From positions 26,440 through 90,439 of the forward strand of contig JAJDYJ010000029.1 of the NCBI GenBank assembly GCA_022822865.1: 64,000 bases of DNA. The letters run 5' to 3'. Positions 22,947 to 31,034 of the stretch are shown here, in pieces (the stretch's first letter is position 1; every line of letters begins with the position of its first letter). The notes under the pieces are model-generated. The model saw nothing but the letters and a program-made list of their open reading frames with translations, was not told the origin of the DNA and made no database searches. This stretch comes from Pseudomonadales bacterium. GTDB lineage: Bacteria; Pseudomonadota; Gammaproteobacteria; Pseudomonadales; Pseudohongiellaceae. The translations under genes were made by a program, and so were the position numbers.

Positions 22947-23557
22947 GATCGTTCCGCCTCCGACTCGGTCTTGTATTGCAGCACGAACTCCAGCCGATGC
23001 ATGCCCTGGGCGAAACGCCGCTTGCGCGACTGATGCAGGACGAAGCCGATGCTGCCGATCACGATGCCGAGCACCGTGGTCGAAAAGGCGACTTGCATGT
23101 TCTGGGTCAGGCTGGCCATATCTCCCGCCGCGAGGCCCGCGAGCGCCGGGCCCATGGGGATCAGCGTGCCGATCAGCCCGAGGCTGGGACCGAGACGGAT
23201 CAGCAGCCGCGGGAAAGAGAGCTGATTATCGCCGTGCAGGGCAAAATCTCCGAGCTGTCGTTCGCGCACCGAGCGCTTCGTCATGTCGTCCATGACCGTG
23301 AGCATGTGTCTGCTCAGCGGCGAGGCGTAGCTGCCCGCGCATTCCACGAGCCGCGCCTTGTAATCGGCAAATTCTCCGGCGACAAGCCGGCCTTCCGCGG
23401 CGTCGAGCGCCTTGAGAAGGCTCAGGTCCTGCTGGCGTTGCTGCCAGTCCTGCCCGAGCAGCAGCAGCGCGCGCACGAGCAGATAGAGCAGCAAGGCGAT
23501 GCACGGAACGAGCAGGCCCGTGCTCACCCAGGTAAGCGTGGAGAAAAAACTCAGCAT
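22943..23557 (-). CDS. MotA/TolQ/ExbB-family proton channel protein
   Basis: 204 aa with three TM helices and the family motif LGPSLGLIGTLIPMGPAL...AFSTTVLGIVIG. It starts 1 nt after the upstream stop. Confidence 0.82.
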   Translation of the reverse strand: MLSFFSTLTWVSTGLLVPCIALLLYLLVRALLLLGQDWQQRQQDLSLLKALDAAEGRLVAGEFADYKARLVECAGSYASPLSRHMLTVMDDMTKRSVRERQLGDFALHGDNQLSFPRLLIRLGPSLGLIGTLIPMGPALAGLAAGDMASLTQNMQVAFSTTVLGIVIGSIGFVLHQSRKRRFAQGMHRLEFVLQYKTESEAERS

Positions 23558-23558
23558 G

Positions 23559-24257
23559 TCAGGCTCGAGACCTCGCCCTGGCGCCTCTGTCGCGCAGATT
23601 TTGCCACGAATAACCGGCGATTATCAGGACGAGCAGGATGCCGGGTGCCTGCACGGCGCTTGCCAACGTGATCCACTCGTAGCCCTGGAAGTAGCCGGCC
23701 CAACTCGTGTCCGTCGCGTACAGCCATTGCAGGATCAGCAGCAGGCAGGCGAGAAAGCGCGCGGCCGGCAGCCTGCGGGCGAGATTGATCCGTCCCAGTG
23801 CGAAGATCAGCCCGGGCAGCGCGAGCAGCAGGGCCGCGGCGTAGAGCATGCCGAGCCGCGAAAATTCGATGCCCAGCGCCTTATAGAACAGCAACAGTTG
23901 CAGGCTCAGCGCTGCCGGCAGCAACAACAGCAGGGCGCCGTACATCCGCCCATGCAGCAGCAGGCCGAGCGCCTGCAGGCTCAGCGCCACGCCGATCGGT
24001 CTTGACCAGAATTCGAGTGCTGCCAGCCAGACGGTCACGCTCTGACCGCTCAGCCACTTTGACAGCCACAGCGCCGCGCAAGCGAGCGTCGCCGGAACCA
24101 GCGCAAGGCCGAGTCCCAGCGCCACGGGCGGCGGGCAGTAGCGCTGCACCAGCGCGTTGCGGCCGAAAAACGACTGCCGCTGAGACGGCCAGGCGAGCAA
24201 GGCGCAGCAGCAGCCGAGTCCCAGGCTCAGCGCCCACCAGGACGCGGCTTCGCTCAT
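23559..24257 (-). CDS. polytopic (about 6-7 TM) membrane protein of unknown function
   Basis: Track ORF 23559..24293, with the start at MSEAASWWALSLGL. The ATG at 24255-24257 overlaps the CobN-like stop (ATGA). It is Leu/Ala-rich and I recognise no motif. Confidence 0.65.
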   Translation of the reverse strand: MSEAASWWALSLGLGCCCALLAWPSQRQSFFGRNALVQRYCPPPVALGLGLALVPATLACAALWLSKWLSGQSVTVWLAALEFWSRPIGVALSLQALGLLLHGRMYGALLLLLPAALSLQLLLFYKALGIEFSRLGMLYAAALLLALPGLIFALGRINLARRLPAARFLACLLLILQWLYATDTSWAGYFQGYEWITLASAVQAPGILLVLIIAGYSWQNLRDRGARARSRA

Positions 24258-27200
24258 GCCCGCCAGGCGGCCGCCGGCCGCGACCGCCGCCAACGTGCTA
24301 TTGCCAGCAGCGCCGTCAGCGCAAGGCCGATGCCGAGCAGGATCATCGCCAGGTTACGGCCTGCCACGGCCGGCGGCTGAGCGGCTTCGTTGCGCGTCGT
24401 CAATTCCGCCTCAGTGGGCTGTTCCCCGTTTTCTGCCTGCACATCCTGTTCGCGTAACACGAGTTCCGTACTCTGCTCGACCGAGCCGACTTCCGCCGCT
24501 TCGATCTGCTGCTGGTAGCTGGCAAGCAAGGTCGGGTCCAGACGCGCCGCAATGAAGTCCTGCAATGCCGCGTTGCCGCAAGTAAAACTGCCGCAGCCGG
24601 CTTCGAAACGGCTCACGAGGTCGGCGTGCAAATCGGCCAGCGCCTGCAATTGCGCGGCGTCCGGGGTCCAGAAATCCTTGCGGGCGGCTTCGAGCATTAC
24701 TCCGGTGACTTCCTGCAGGGCGTAGGGATTTTCGGTTTCGAAAAAGTCATTGAGGCCCAGGGCGTGCTTGTCGTCGATCAGCGTCTCGAAGACCTGGTTC
24801 CAGAATCCCGGCGCGATGGCGGCGGGTTTCATGGTGTTCCAGCCGAAGGAGTTGCGCAGGGTCTCGGCCATCACTTCGGCACTCGACGCCTCTCCGGCCG
24901 TAAGACCTTCCAGGTAGCGCGGATTGAACAGCGTGGTCCTGGCTTCCTGGGCGATCGCGCTTTGCAGCGTTTCCATCTTCGCCCGATTCGGATTGCGGTA
25001 ATCGGAGAAATACGCCTCCGCGTCCTTGCCGGTGACCGAACGCACCGCCAGGCTCAGGCCGCCCATGAATTCGTAGACGTGATCGAGGCTGAGACCGCCC
25101 CAGGTGTTGCTCGACCTCGGCTGGATGACCACGTCGGTATTGAGCAGCGCGGCGGTAAACAGTTCCGGCACGAACTCGCCCCATTCGCCGGATTCGCCGT
25201 ACATGGCGCCCATGTTGTAGAGATACTGGCTGGCGACATCGGCATCGGACTCCCAAGTGTCGCCCTGCTCCACCATGCCCATGATCTGCGTGCCATAGGA
25301 GCCGTTGACGCCGCCGAAACTCCTGCGCGTCGACAGCCGCCGCGCCTCAGCCGGCGGCAGGCCCTGATCGAGCAGGTGCTGTTCGGCGAGGCGTACGCCG
25401 TCGCGGACGAAGTTTTCGTCTTGATCGGCCGCCAGCGCCGCCATTTCCACCGCGCGGTTGATCAGCGCCAGCCGGGACGCGGCAAGATCGCGCAACTGGC
25501 CCGCGCTTTGCACCACGACGTCGATGCGCGGTCGTCCGAGTTCTTCGGCGGGAATAAGCTCAAGCAACTGTACTTGCCCGTTAGGCGCCCATACCGGGGC
25601 GACGCCAAGCAGGTACATCACTTGCGCGACCGTGGCGCCCTGGGAATGGATGAACTCACTCGGCCAGAGCGTGAAACTGACCTTGTTCGGCAGGCGGCCG
25701 TGGCGTTCCCGGTAATCGCGCAGCATGTCGTCGGCGAGCGCCTTGCCGACTTCCCAGGCGGCCTGGGAAGGCGTCTGCTCGGCGTCGATCGAATACATGT
25801 TGCGCCCGGTCGGCAGTGCGTCGGCATTGAGCAACGGGTCGCCGCCCGAGGCCGGCGAGACGTAGCCGCCGGAGACGGCGTTGCCAAGCGCGACTTTCTG
25901 GTCGGCGCCGCCGGCGAGCAGCAGGTCGGTGTAATTGTCGTACAGCGAAAGCGCCTCAAGCAGGCCAGGTTCGTAATCGAAGGCCAGCGAATCGACGAGC
26001 CCGCCCGGCGTCGCGCCCTCGTTCAGTTCGGCGAACAGCGCTTCCCCGCCTGAAGTCGCTTGCACGGATTCGGGCAACAGATTGTTGACCGAATCGATCA
26101 GCATCAGTTCGGCCGTCAGCGCGGCGTCCGCGTCGGCCCATGTTTCGCCCCAGGTGTACAGGCCCTTGTTGATGCTCGCCTGGGCGAGATCGTCAATGTA
26201 CAACTCGAGTTTCGGCAGCACGTCATCGTCCCAGCCCGGAGCGTCGGCCAGGTCGGTTTCAAGATCGACGTGCAGCTCGATTTCGGTCGCCAGTTCGATG
26301 ATCAGCCGGCGCTGCTCCTCGCGCACCTGGCCCTCTGTGAGGCGGTAATCGTCGAGCCAGCGCCCCAGCGTGGCGAGTTCGGAATACAGGCCGGCGCGCT
26401 GGAACGGCGGCGTCAGGTGGTTGATGATCGTGGCGTAAGAGCGCCGCTTGGCGATGATCGCCTCGCCGACGTTGCTCATCGTGTAAATGTAGAAATGCGG
26501 CGTGTTGCCGATCAGGGCGTCCGCCCAGTCATTGGACGACAGCGCGACCTGCTTGCCCTGGGTGAATTCGAGACTGCCGTGGGTGCCGTAATGGACGATG
26601 GCGTCGGCGCCGAAGCCCAGCCGCATCCAGAGATAGGCAGCCACGTAGCTGTGCGGCGGCGCCTCGCCCGTGCCGTGCACCATGCGGAAATTGTCTTCGC
26701 CGAAGCCCGCCAGCGGCTGCGGCATCAGCGCGACGTTGCCGAACTCGAGCCGCGGCACGGCGATGCGGCTTTCGTCTGCCGGCGGCGTGTCGACGAGGAA
26801 TCTGCCGAGGTTGCCGCCGTGGCGCTCGTCGACCCGGGCGCAAACACCCGCCGCGAGCTCTTCCCGGCACCACTGCCGGTACTCGCCGGCAGTCACCCAG
26901 GCGGGGTTCTGTTCTTCGAGAAAGCGCCGCGCCTGGCCCATGCCGTCGGGCGTCAACACCGGGCCTTCGACGTCGAGCCGGGCGCGGAACGCGGCGTAAT
27001 CGTCCGGCAAATCGCCGAGGTCGTAGCCCTGCTCCTTGAGCATGTGCAGGGTATTGAACAGCGACGGGCTGACTTCCAGCCCGCCGGCAACGAGCGCGTT
27101 CTTGCCGGGGCCGCGGAAATAGACGATGCCGATGCGCTTTTCGGCGTTGGCCGTGCGCTTCAGCCCAATCCAGCGATCGACCATTTCGACATATTCGTCG

Positions 27201-28222
27201 AGCCGTTCAGGAATTGCCTCGAAAATGCGGAAGCCGCGCTCGTCAGCGAATTGCGCATTGACGACCCGCGGTGCGACGCCGCCGTCGAGTTCGGGCAGCA
27301 CGACGTTCATGGTCAGCATGCCGCCCGCATATCCCTGCGAGTCTTCGAGCCATTCCCGGTGTTCCTCGAAAACCGACAGCGGCGTCAGCAGCGGCACCTG
27401 GTTCTCGGTGAACCAGTTGGCCACGGCGTTTTCCCGGCCGAAATTGAAACGCCCGTGGGGCATGAGCACCACCGCGTCGGGATTGACCTCGGCGACCAGC
27501 GCGAGCCGCTCGGCCTGGCCGTTGATAGGATACACGCGCATGCCCGCGCCTTCGAAGGCCTCGATCATCGCGTTGAGATGGTCGCGGTTGGCGTTGAACG
27601 GTCCAGGCACCGTGGTGATCAGCGCAATCTTGTAGCCGTCGGGATTGTAGTTCGGCACGGTTTCGTAGAAACGCTGGTAATCCTCCACCGTGGTGAACAC
27701 TTCGTCGCCGAGGTAGAACAGCACGTCGGTATCGATAAGCAGTGGGTCGCCGGCCTCGGGAGACCGCCAAAGTTTGCCGTCGAGTTCGCGGCGCACGTAG
27801 TACCAGAAATTGCGGTAGTTGTAGTCGCCGCCGTTATCGACGTAGGTTCGCACGAGTTCACTCGCGTCAGGGTTGAGGCTCGTGAGTTGCACGTGGTTGG
27901 GATTGGTGGGACTGTCGATGAAAATCGCGCTGCCGGATTGCACGGCTTCGTCGATCCAGGCCAGTTGTTCGCCGTCCAGCGCGAGACCGCGGCCGAAGAT
28001 CATCACGAAGTCGAAATCCCGCGCGCGCTCGAGCGCCCCGACTTCGAGGCGCTCGAAACGGAACTGCGGCATGTCGGCTACAGCCTTGATGACGCGGCTG
28101 GCGGTGAAATCCGCGAAACTGACCAGTGCGACGCGCGTCGGCGCTGCATAGCGCTGATATGAGAAGAACAGAGCCAGCGCGAACGTCGTGAATATCAAGG
28201 CAGGGACGGAGAATCTTTTCAT
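24254..28222 (-). CDS. CobN/Mg-chelatase-family protein with N-terminal signal or anchor and C-terminal TM anchor
   Basis: 1322 aa. CobN hallmark IVHYGTHGSLEFTQGKQV. The N-terminus is MKRFSVPALIFTTFALALFF. The C-terminus is LAMILLGIGLALTALLAIARWRRSR. A GGAG Shine-Dalgarno (SD) sequence lies 8 nt upstream, and the gene starts 11 nt after the receptor stop. Confidence 0.85.
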   Translation of the reverse strand: MKRFSVPALIFTTFALALFFSYQRYAAPTRVALVSFADFTASRVIKAVADMPQFRFERLEVGALERARDFDFVMIFGRGLALDGEQLAWIDEAVQSGSAIFIDSPTNPNHVQLTSLNPDASELVRTYVDNGGDYNYRNFWYYVRRELDGKLWRSPEAGDPLLIDTDVLFYLGDEVFTTVEDYQRFYETVPNYNPDGYKIALITTVPGPFNANRDHLNAMIEAFEGAGMRVYPINGQAERLALVAEVNPDAVVLMPHGRFNFGRENAVANWFTENQVPLLTPLSVFEEHREWLEDSQGYAGGMLTMNVVLPELDGGVAPRVVNAQFADERGFRIFEAIPERLDEYVEMVDRWIGLKRTANAEKRIGIVYFRGPGKNALVAGGLEVSPSLFNTLHMLKEQGYDLGDLPDDYAAFRARLDVEGPVLTPDGMGQARRFLEEQNPAWVTAGEYRQWCREELAAGVCARVDERHGGNLGRFLVDTPPADESRIAVPRLEFGNVALMPQPLAGFGEDNFRMVHGTGEAPPHSYVAAYLWMRLGFGADAIVHYGTHGSLEFTQGKQVALSSNDWADALIGNTPHFYIYTMSNVGEAIIAKRRSYATIINHLTPPFQRAGLYSELATLGRWLDDYRLTEGQVREEQRRLIIELATEIELHVDLETDLADAPGWDDDVLPKLELYIDDLAQASINKGLYTWGETWADADAALTAELMLIDSVNNLLPESVQATSGGEALFAELNEGATPGGLVDSLAFDYEPGLLEALSLYDNYTDLLLAGGADQKVALGNAVSGGYVSPASGGDPLLNADALPTGRNMYSIDAEQTPSQAAWEVGKALADDMLRDYRERHGRLPNKVSFTLWPSEFIHSQGATVAQVMYLLGVAPVWAPNGQVQLLELIPAEELGRPRIDVVVQSAGQLRDLAASRLALINRAVEMAALAADQDENFVRDGVRLAEQHLLDQGLPPAEARRLSTRRSFGGVNGSYGTQIMGMVEQGDTWESDADVASQYLYNMGAMYGESGEWGEFVPELFTAALLNTDVVIQPRSSNTWGGLSLDHVYEFMGGLSLAVRSVTGKDAEAYFSDYRNPNRAKMETLQSAIAQEARTTLFNPRYLEGLTAGEASSAEVMAETLRNSFGWNTMKPAAIAPGFWNQVFETLIDDKHALGLNDFFETENPYALQEVTGVMLEAARKDFWTPDAAQLQALADLHADLVSRFEAGCGSFTCGNAALQDFIAARLDPTLLASYQQQIEAAEVGSVEQSTELVLREQDVQAENGEQPTEAELTTRNEAAQPPAVAGRNLAMILLGIGLALTALLAIARWRRSRPAAAWRA

Positions 28223-28233
28223 GACGGATGCTC

Positions 28234-30411
28234 CTACATGCCGAATCGATAGCGGGCCGAGACGGAGAAAGTCCTGCCCGGCGCGGCGGCGCCGTCAGGG
28301 TCGTCGCTGATGCCCGACCCCGCCACGAATTGCGGCCAGTACTGTTCGTCGAACAGGTTGTCGATCCTGAAATTCAGGCTGAAGCTGTCGGAGAAGTCGT
28401 AAAAAAGGCTGGCGTCGACGCGCGTGTAGTCAGGCACGACGAAACTGCCCGGTTCGACATCGGTGAACTCGTCCACCAGCAGGGCCTGCAGGTTGGCGCC
28501 GAAGTTGGCGTCGGCGGAGCGGTAGCCGAGTCCGAGAATCGTCTGTCGCGGGCCGACGCTGGTCAGCGGTTCGTCGCTCGAGCGGTTTTCGCCCTCGATG
28601 TCGCCCCAGCTCAGGCTCAGCAGCCATTCGTCCTCGGTGTCCAGCCAGTTGTGCAGGTACAGCTCAGCGTCGATTTCAGCGCCGCTTACTTCCACCTCGC
28701 TCAGATTCCGATACTGAATCTGCGTCACGGAACGGAAACCGGGAATCGGGTTCGGGCGGCTGCCGGAACGCGTGCTCTCGATGAAGTCCTCGTAGTCGGT
28801 GTTGTAAGTCGAGATTTCGAATCTGCCCATCTCGCCGCGCAACCGCAGGCCGACCTCGATGCCGTTGCTCTTTTCCGACTTCAGGTCGGGATTGGCGAGC
28901 ACTTCGTGCGGGAACCAACGGCTCTGGATGAAGGTGTTGATGTACTGCGAAGAAACCGGCGGCGCACGGAATCCGCTGACGTAATTGCCGAACAGGATCA
29001 GGTTTTCGTTCGCTTCCCAGGTCAGGCCGACGCTCGGCGAAACGCTGTCGCTGCTGAATGCGCCGACGCTTATTCCCGTGGGATTCGAATTGAAATACAA
29101 CTCATCCGGCTGGGGATCGTTCTCGAAGTAGTCGTAGCGCAATCCCAGCGTGATCCGCAGCCGGTCTTCCGCGAGTCTCAACTCGTCCTGGACGAAAACG
29201 CCAAGCAGGTCGGTATCGCTGGAAGGATAACTCTTGAGCGGGTAAACGACGCCGTTGCGCGCCGGATCGACTACGCCGGTGTCCGGATAGAAATCCCGAT
29301 AATAGTTGAGGCGTTCGGCGGACTTGCGCACGAAATCGACCCCGGCCAGCAATTCGTGGTTCGAGAATTCCTCGCCGATCAGTAAACTGGCCGAGACCAG
29401 ATCCTGGTCGATGTCGACCTCTTCCATGTCGATTACATTCTCGCCGCCACGGGTCACGCTTTCCTCGAATTCGTCTTCGTCGATGCGCCCCTGCTGCAGG
29501 TCGACTTGCCAGTCGAGGCGGTCCAGCCCCATGACGTCCGTCAGGTTCTGGTAGAAACCGATGCGCCAGCGATGGCTCCGGTCCTGCTCGTAGTGGTCGG
29601 TAACCGAAGTTCCGGAGGGGAGGGCAGAGTTGTAACTGACGTCCACGCTACGGCGCCAGAAATCCGCCAGGACGCCATACTCGTTGTCGGAGGCGCCGTC
29701 GTTCTCCCACTTCAGCAGCACGTTTTCCTGGTTGCCGTCGAAGGGATGATTCTTGTAGTCGCCGTAAATCTCCGTTTCGGAGAATTGCCGCGTGGAAACC
29801 TGTAGCAGGTACGCCCCGCCGAGTGCTGCGCCGGCGCCGCTGAATGTCTGCCGGAAGCCATCGTTGACCTGGTCGTAGCCGCCGCCTACTTCGAATACCG
29901 AATCGTTGCCGCCGCCGAGCATCTGCCGCGGCGAAATCGTGTTCAGCAACACCACGCCGGCGAGGGCGTCGCTGCCGTAAAGTGCGGATGACGGCCCCTT
30001 GAGGAACTGGATGTTGTTCATCGAATAAGGTTCGAAACTGTTGCGGCCGTTGGAGACGCCGGCGGAACCGAAGCCGTCCGGCAATCGCGTGCCGTCGATC
30101 AGCATCACCACACGGTTGCCCGACAGGCCGCGGATGACGAAGGTGCCGTTGCCGCGCCGGTCGCTGGACTGATCGATACTGATGGCCGGCTGATAGCGGA
30201 CCAGGTCCGCCAGACTGTTCGGCTGCAATTCCTGTATATCCTGCTCGTCCAGCACTTCCAGGCTTGCCGGCGTGCTCCAGAGGGAGGTTTCCTTTCGCTG
30301 CACCTGGACAACGATTTCTTCGACTTGTTCTTGCGCGACCGCAAGTTCCGCGCTCGTAAAGGCGCAAACCGCCAAAGGAATGGTCCAACCATACTTTCGC
30401 TTGAAACTCAT
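28234..30411 (-). CDS. TonB-dependent outer-membrane receptor (receptor 2)
   Basis: Track ORF 28234..30564, trimmed to MSFKRKYGWTIPLAVCAFTSAELAVAQ (ATG 30409-30411). Signal peptide, TonB-box-like EEIVVQV, plug motif IRGLSGNRVVMLIDG...LKGPSSALYGSDALAGVV, and a beta-barrel C-terminus. Confidence 0.88.
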   Translation of the reverse strand: MSFKRKYGWTIPLAVCAFTSAELAVAQEQVEEIVVQVQRKETSLWSTPASLEVLDEQDIQELQPNSLADLVRYQPAISIDQSSDRRGNGTFVIRGLSGNRVVMLIDGTRLPDGFGSAGVSNGRNSFEPYSMNNIQFLKGPSSALYGSDALAGVVLLNTISPRQMLGGGNDSVFEVGGGYDQVNDGFRQTFSGAGAALGGAYLLQVSTRQFSETEIYGDYKNHPFDGNQENVLLKWENDGASDNEYGVLADFWRRSVDVSYNSALPSGTSVTDHYEQDRSHRWRIGFYQNLTDVMGLDRLDWQVDLQQGRIDEDEFEESVTRGGENVIDMEEVDIDQDLVSASLLIGEEFSNHELLAGVDFVRKSAERLNYYRDFYPDTGVVDPARNGVVYPLKSYPSSDTDLLGVFVQDELRLAEDRLRITLGLRYDYFENDPQPDELYFNSNPTGISVGAFSSDSVSPSVGLTWEANENLILFGNYVSGFRAPPVSSQYINTFIQSRWFPHEVLANPDLKSEKSNGIEVGLRLRGEMGRFEISTYNTDYEDFIESTRSGSRPNPIPGFRSVTQIQYRNLSEVEVSGAEIDAELYLHNWLDTEDEWLLSLSWGDIEGENRSSDEPLTSVGPRQTILGLGYRSADANFGANLQALLVDEFTDVEPGSFVVPDYTRVDASLFYDFSDSFSLNFRIDNLFDEQYWPQFVAGSGISDDPDGAAAPGRTFSVSARYRFGM

Positions 30412-30600
30412 GAGATAGTTACCTGACTTGTTCTTTCGCTTGCCGGTCAATGCGGGAAAACCGCGGGAAGTTCTGGCAAGCCAGTTCCCCTGGACCGAAT
30501 CTTTTACTGCCAACCGGCAGGAACGTTCAGAACGCCTGCAAGTGAACGTACGCCGCCGCGTCAAAGACGCGGACGATCGTGCCGGTTGGGAATTTGTCAG
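30412..30600 (-). promoter_or_regulatory. 189-nt structured leader between the small ORF and receptor 2 (candidate riboswitch; cobalamin-like motifs)
   Basis: The minus strand contains the hairpins CCGCGTC-TTT-GACGCGG and CTGCC-GGTT-GGCAG. It also contains GGGGAAC..AGAACTTCC..CGCGGTTTTCCCGCATTGACC..GAAAG..AAGTCAGGTAAC, which resembles the cobalamin riboswitch core and B12 box. Not verified with a covariance model. Confidence 0.3.
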
Positions 30601-30882
30601 TTAACCGCGGGGTGGAGAGCGGGACCGCGCCGTGGGGACTTCGACCGACTGGGGAGTCAGCGAGGCGCGGGTGTAGTTTTTGTCAGCCGGGAGTGGATTC
30701 GAATCGGATTCCCGGGATTGCGTGAAATCGTCGTCCTGGCCGAACTTGAGGCAGATTTCACATTCGAAATGTTCGCCTGGCTCACCGTCATGACTGTGAG
30801 CCGTATCGGAGTTCAGCGCGAAAACCAGCAACAGGGAAAGCACGGCCATCGAATTGAGATGGCCAGCCAGGACTTTCCTCAT
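30601..30882 (-). CDS. small secreted His/Cys protein (DUF2946-like, from memory)
   Basis: 93 aa from MRKVLAGHLNSMAVLSLLLVFALNSDTAHS (an alternative ATG at 30903 adds 7 aa). The mature part reads HDGEPGEHFECEICLKF...ARSRSPPRG. CxxC plus a C-terminal R-x-PP is what I recall for DUF2946. Confidence 0.6.
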   Translation of the reverse strand: MRKVLAGHLNSMAVLSLLLVFALNSDTAHSHDGEPGEHFECEICLKFGQDDDFTQSRESDSNPLPADKNYTRASLTPQSVEVPTARSRSPPRG

Positions 30883-30946
30883 GCCTGCTATTGAAATTCG
30901 CATTGCAATCCGCTTTTTCGTCCGTGCTTCGTGCAACAACCGGCTG

Positions 30947-30975
30947 AGTATCCGAACTGGCCCGCGCCTTGTCAA
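30947..30975 (-). promoter_or_regulatory. sigma70-type promoter candidate for the small ORF / receptor 2 / CobN-like operon
   Basis: The minus strand reads TTGACA (30970-30975), a 17-nt spacer, then GATACT (30947-30952). It sits in the 130-bp gap after the MerC-like gene. Confidence 0.5.
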
Positions 30976-31034
30976 GTTGACGCGTTGCCGTTTAAGCCCT
31001 GGAGGACCAATTGGAAACGCCTGCGCGCGCCTGA

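Noticed and set aside
26060-28162. 700-aa plus-strand ORF (and the ORF at 24626..26053) opposite the CobN-like gene
   Set aside because: These are antisense shadow ORFs in a GC-rich gene. They have no motifs, and the minus-strand product carries clear CobN signatures.
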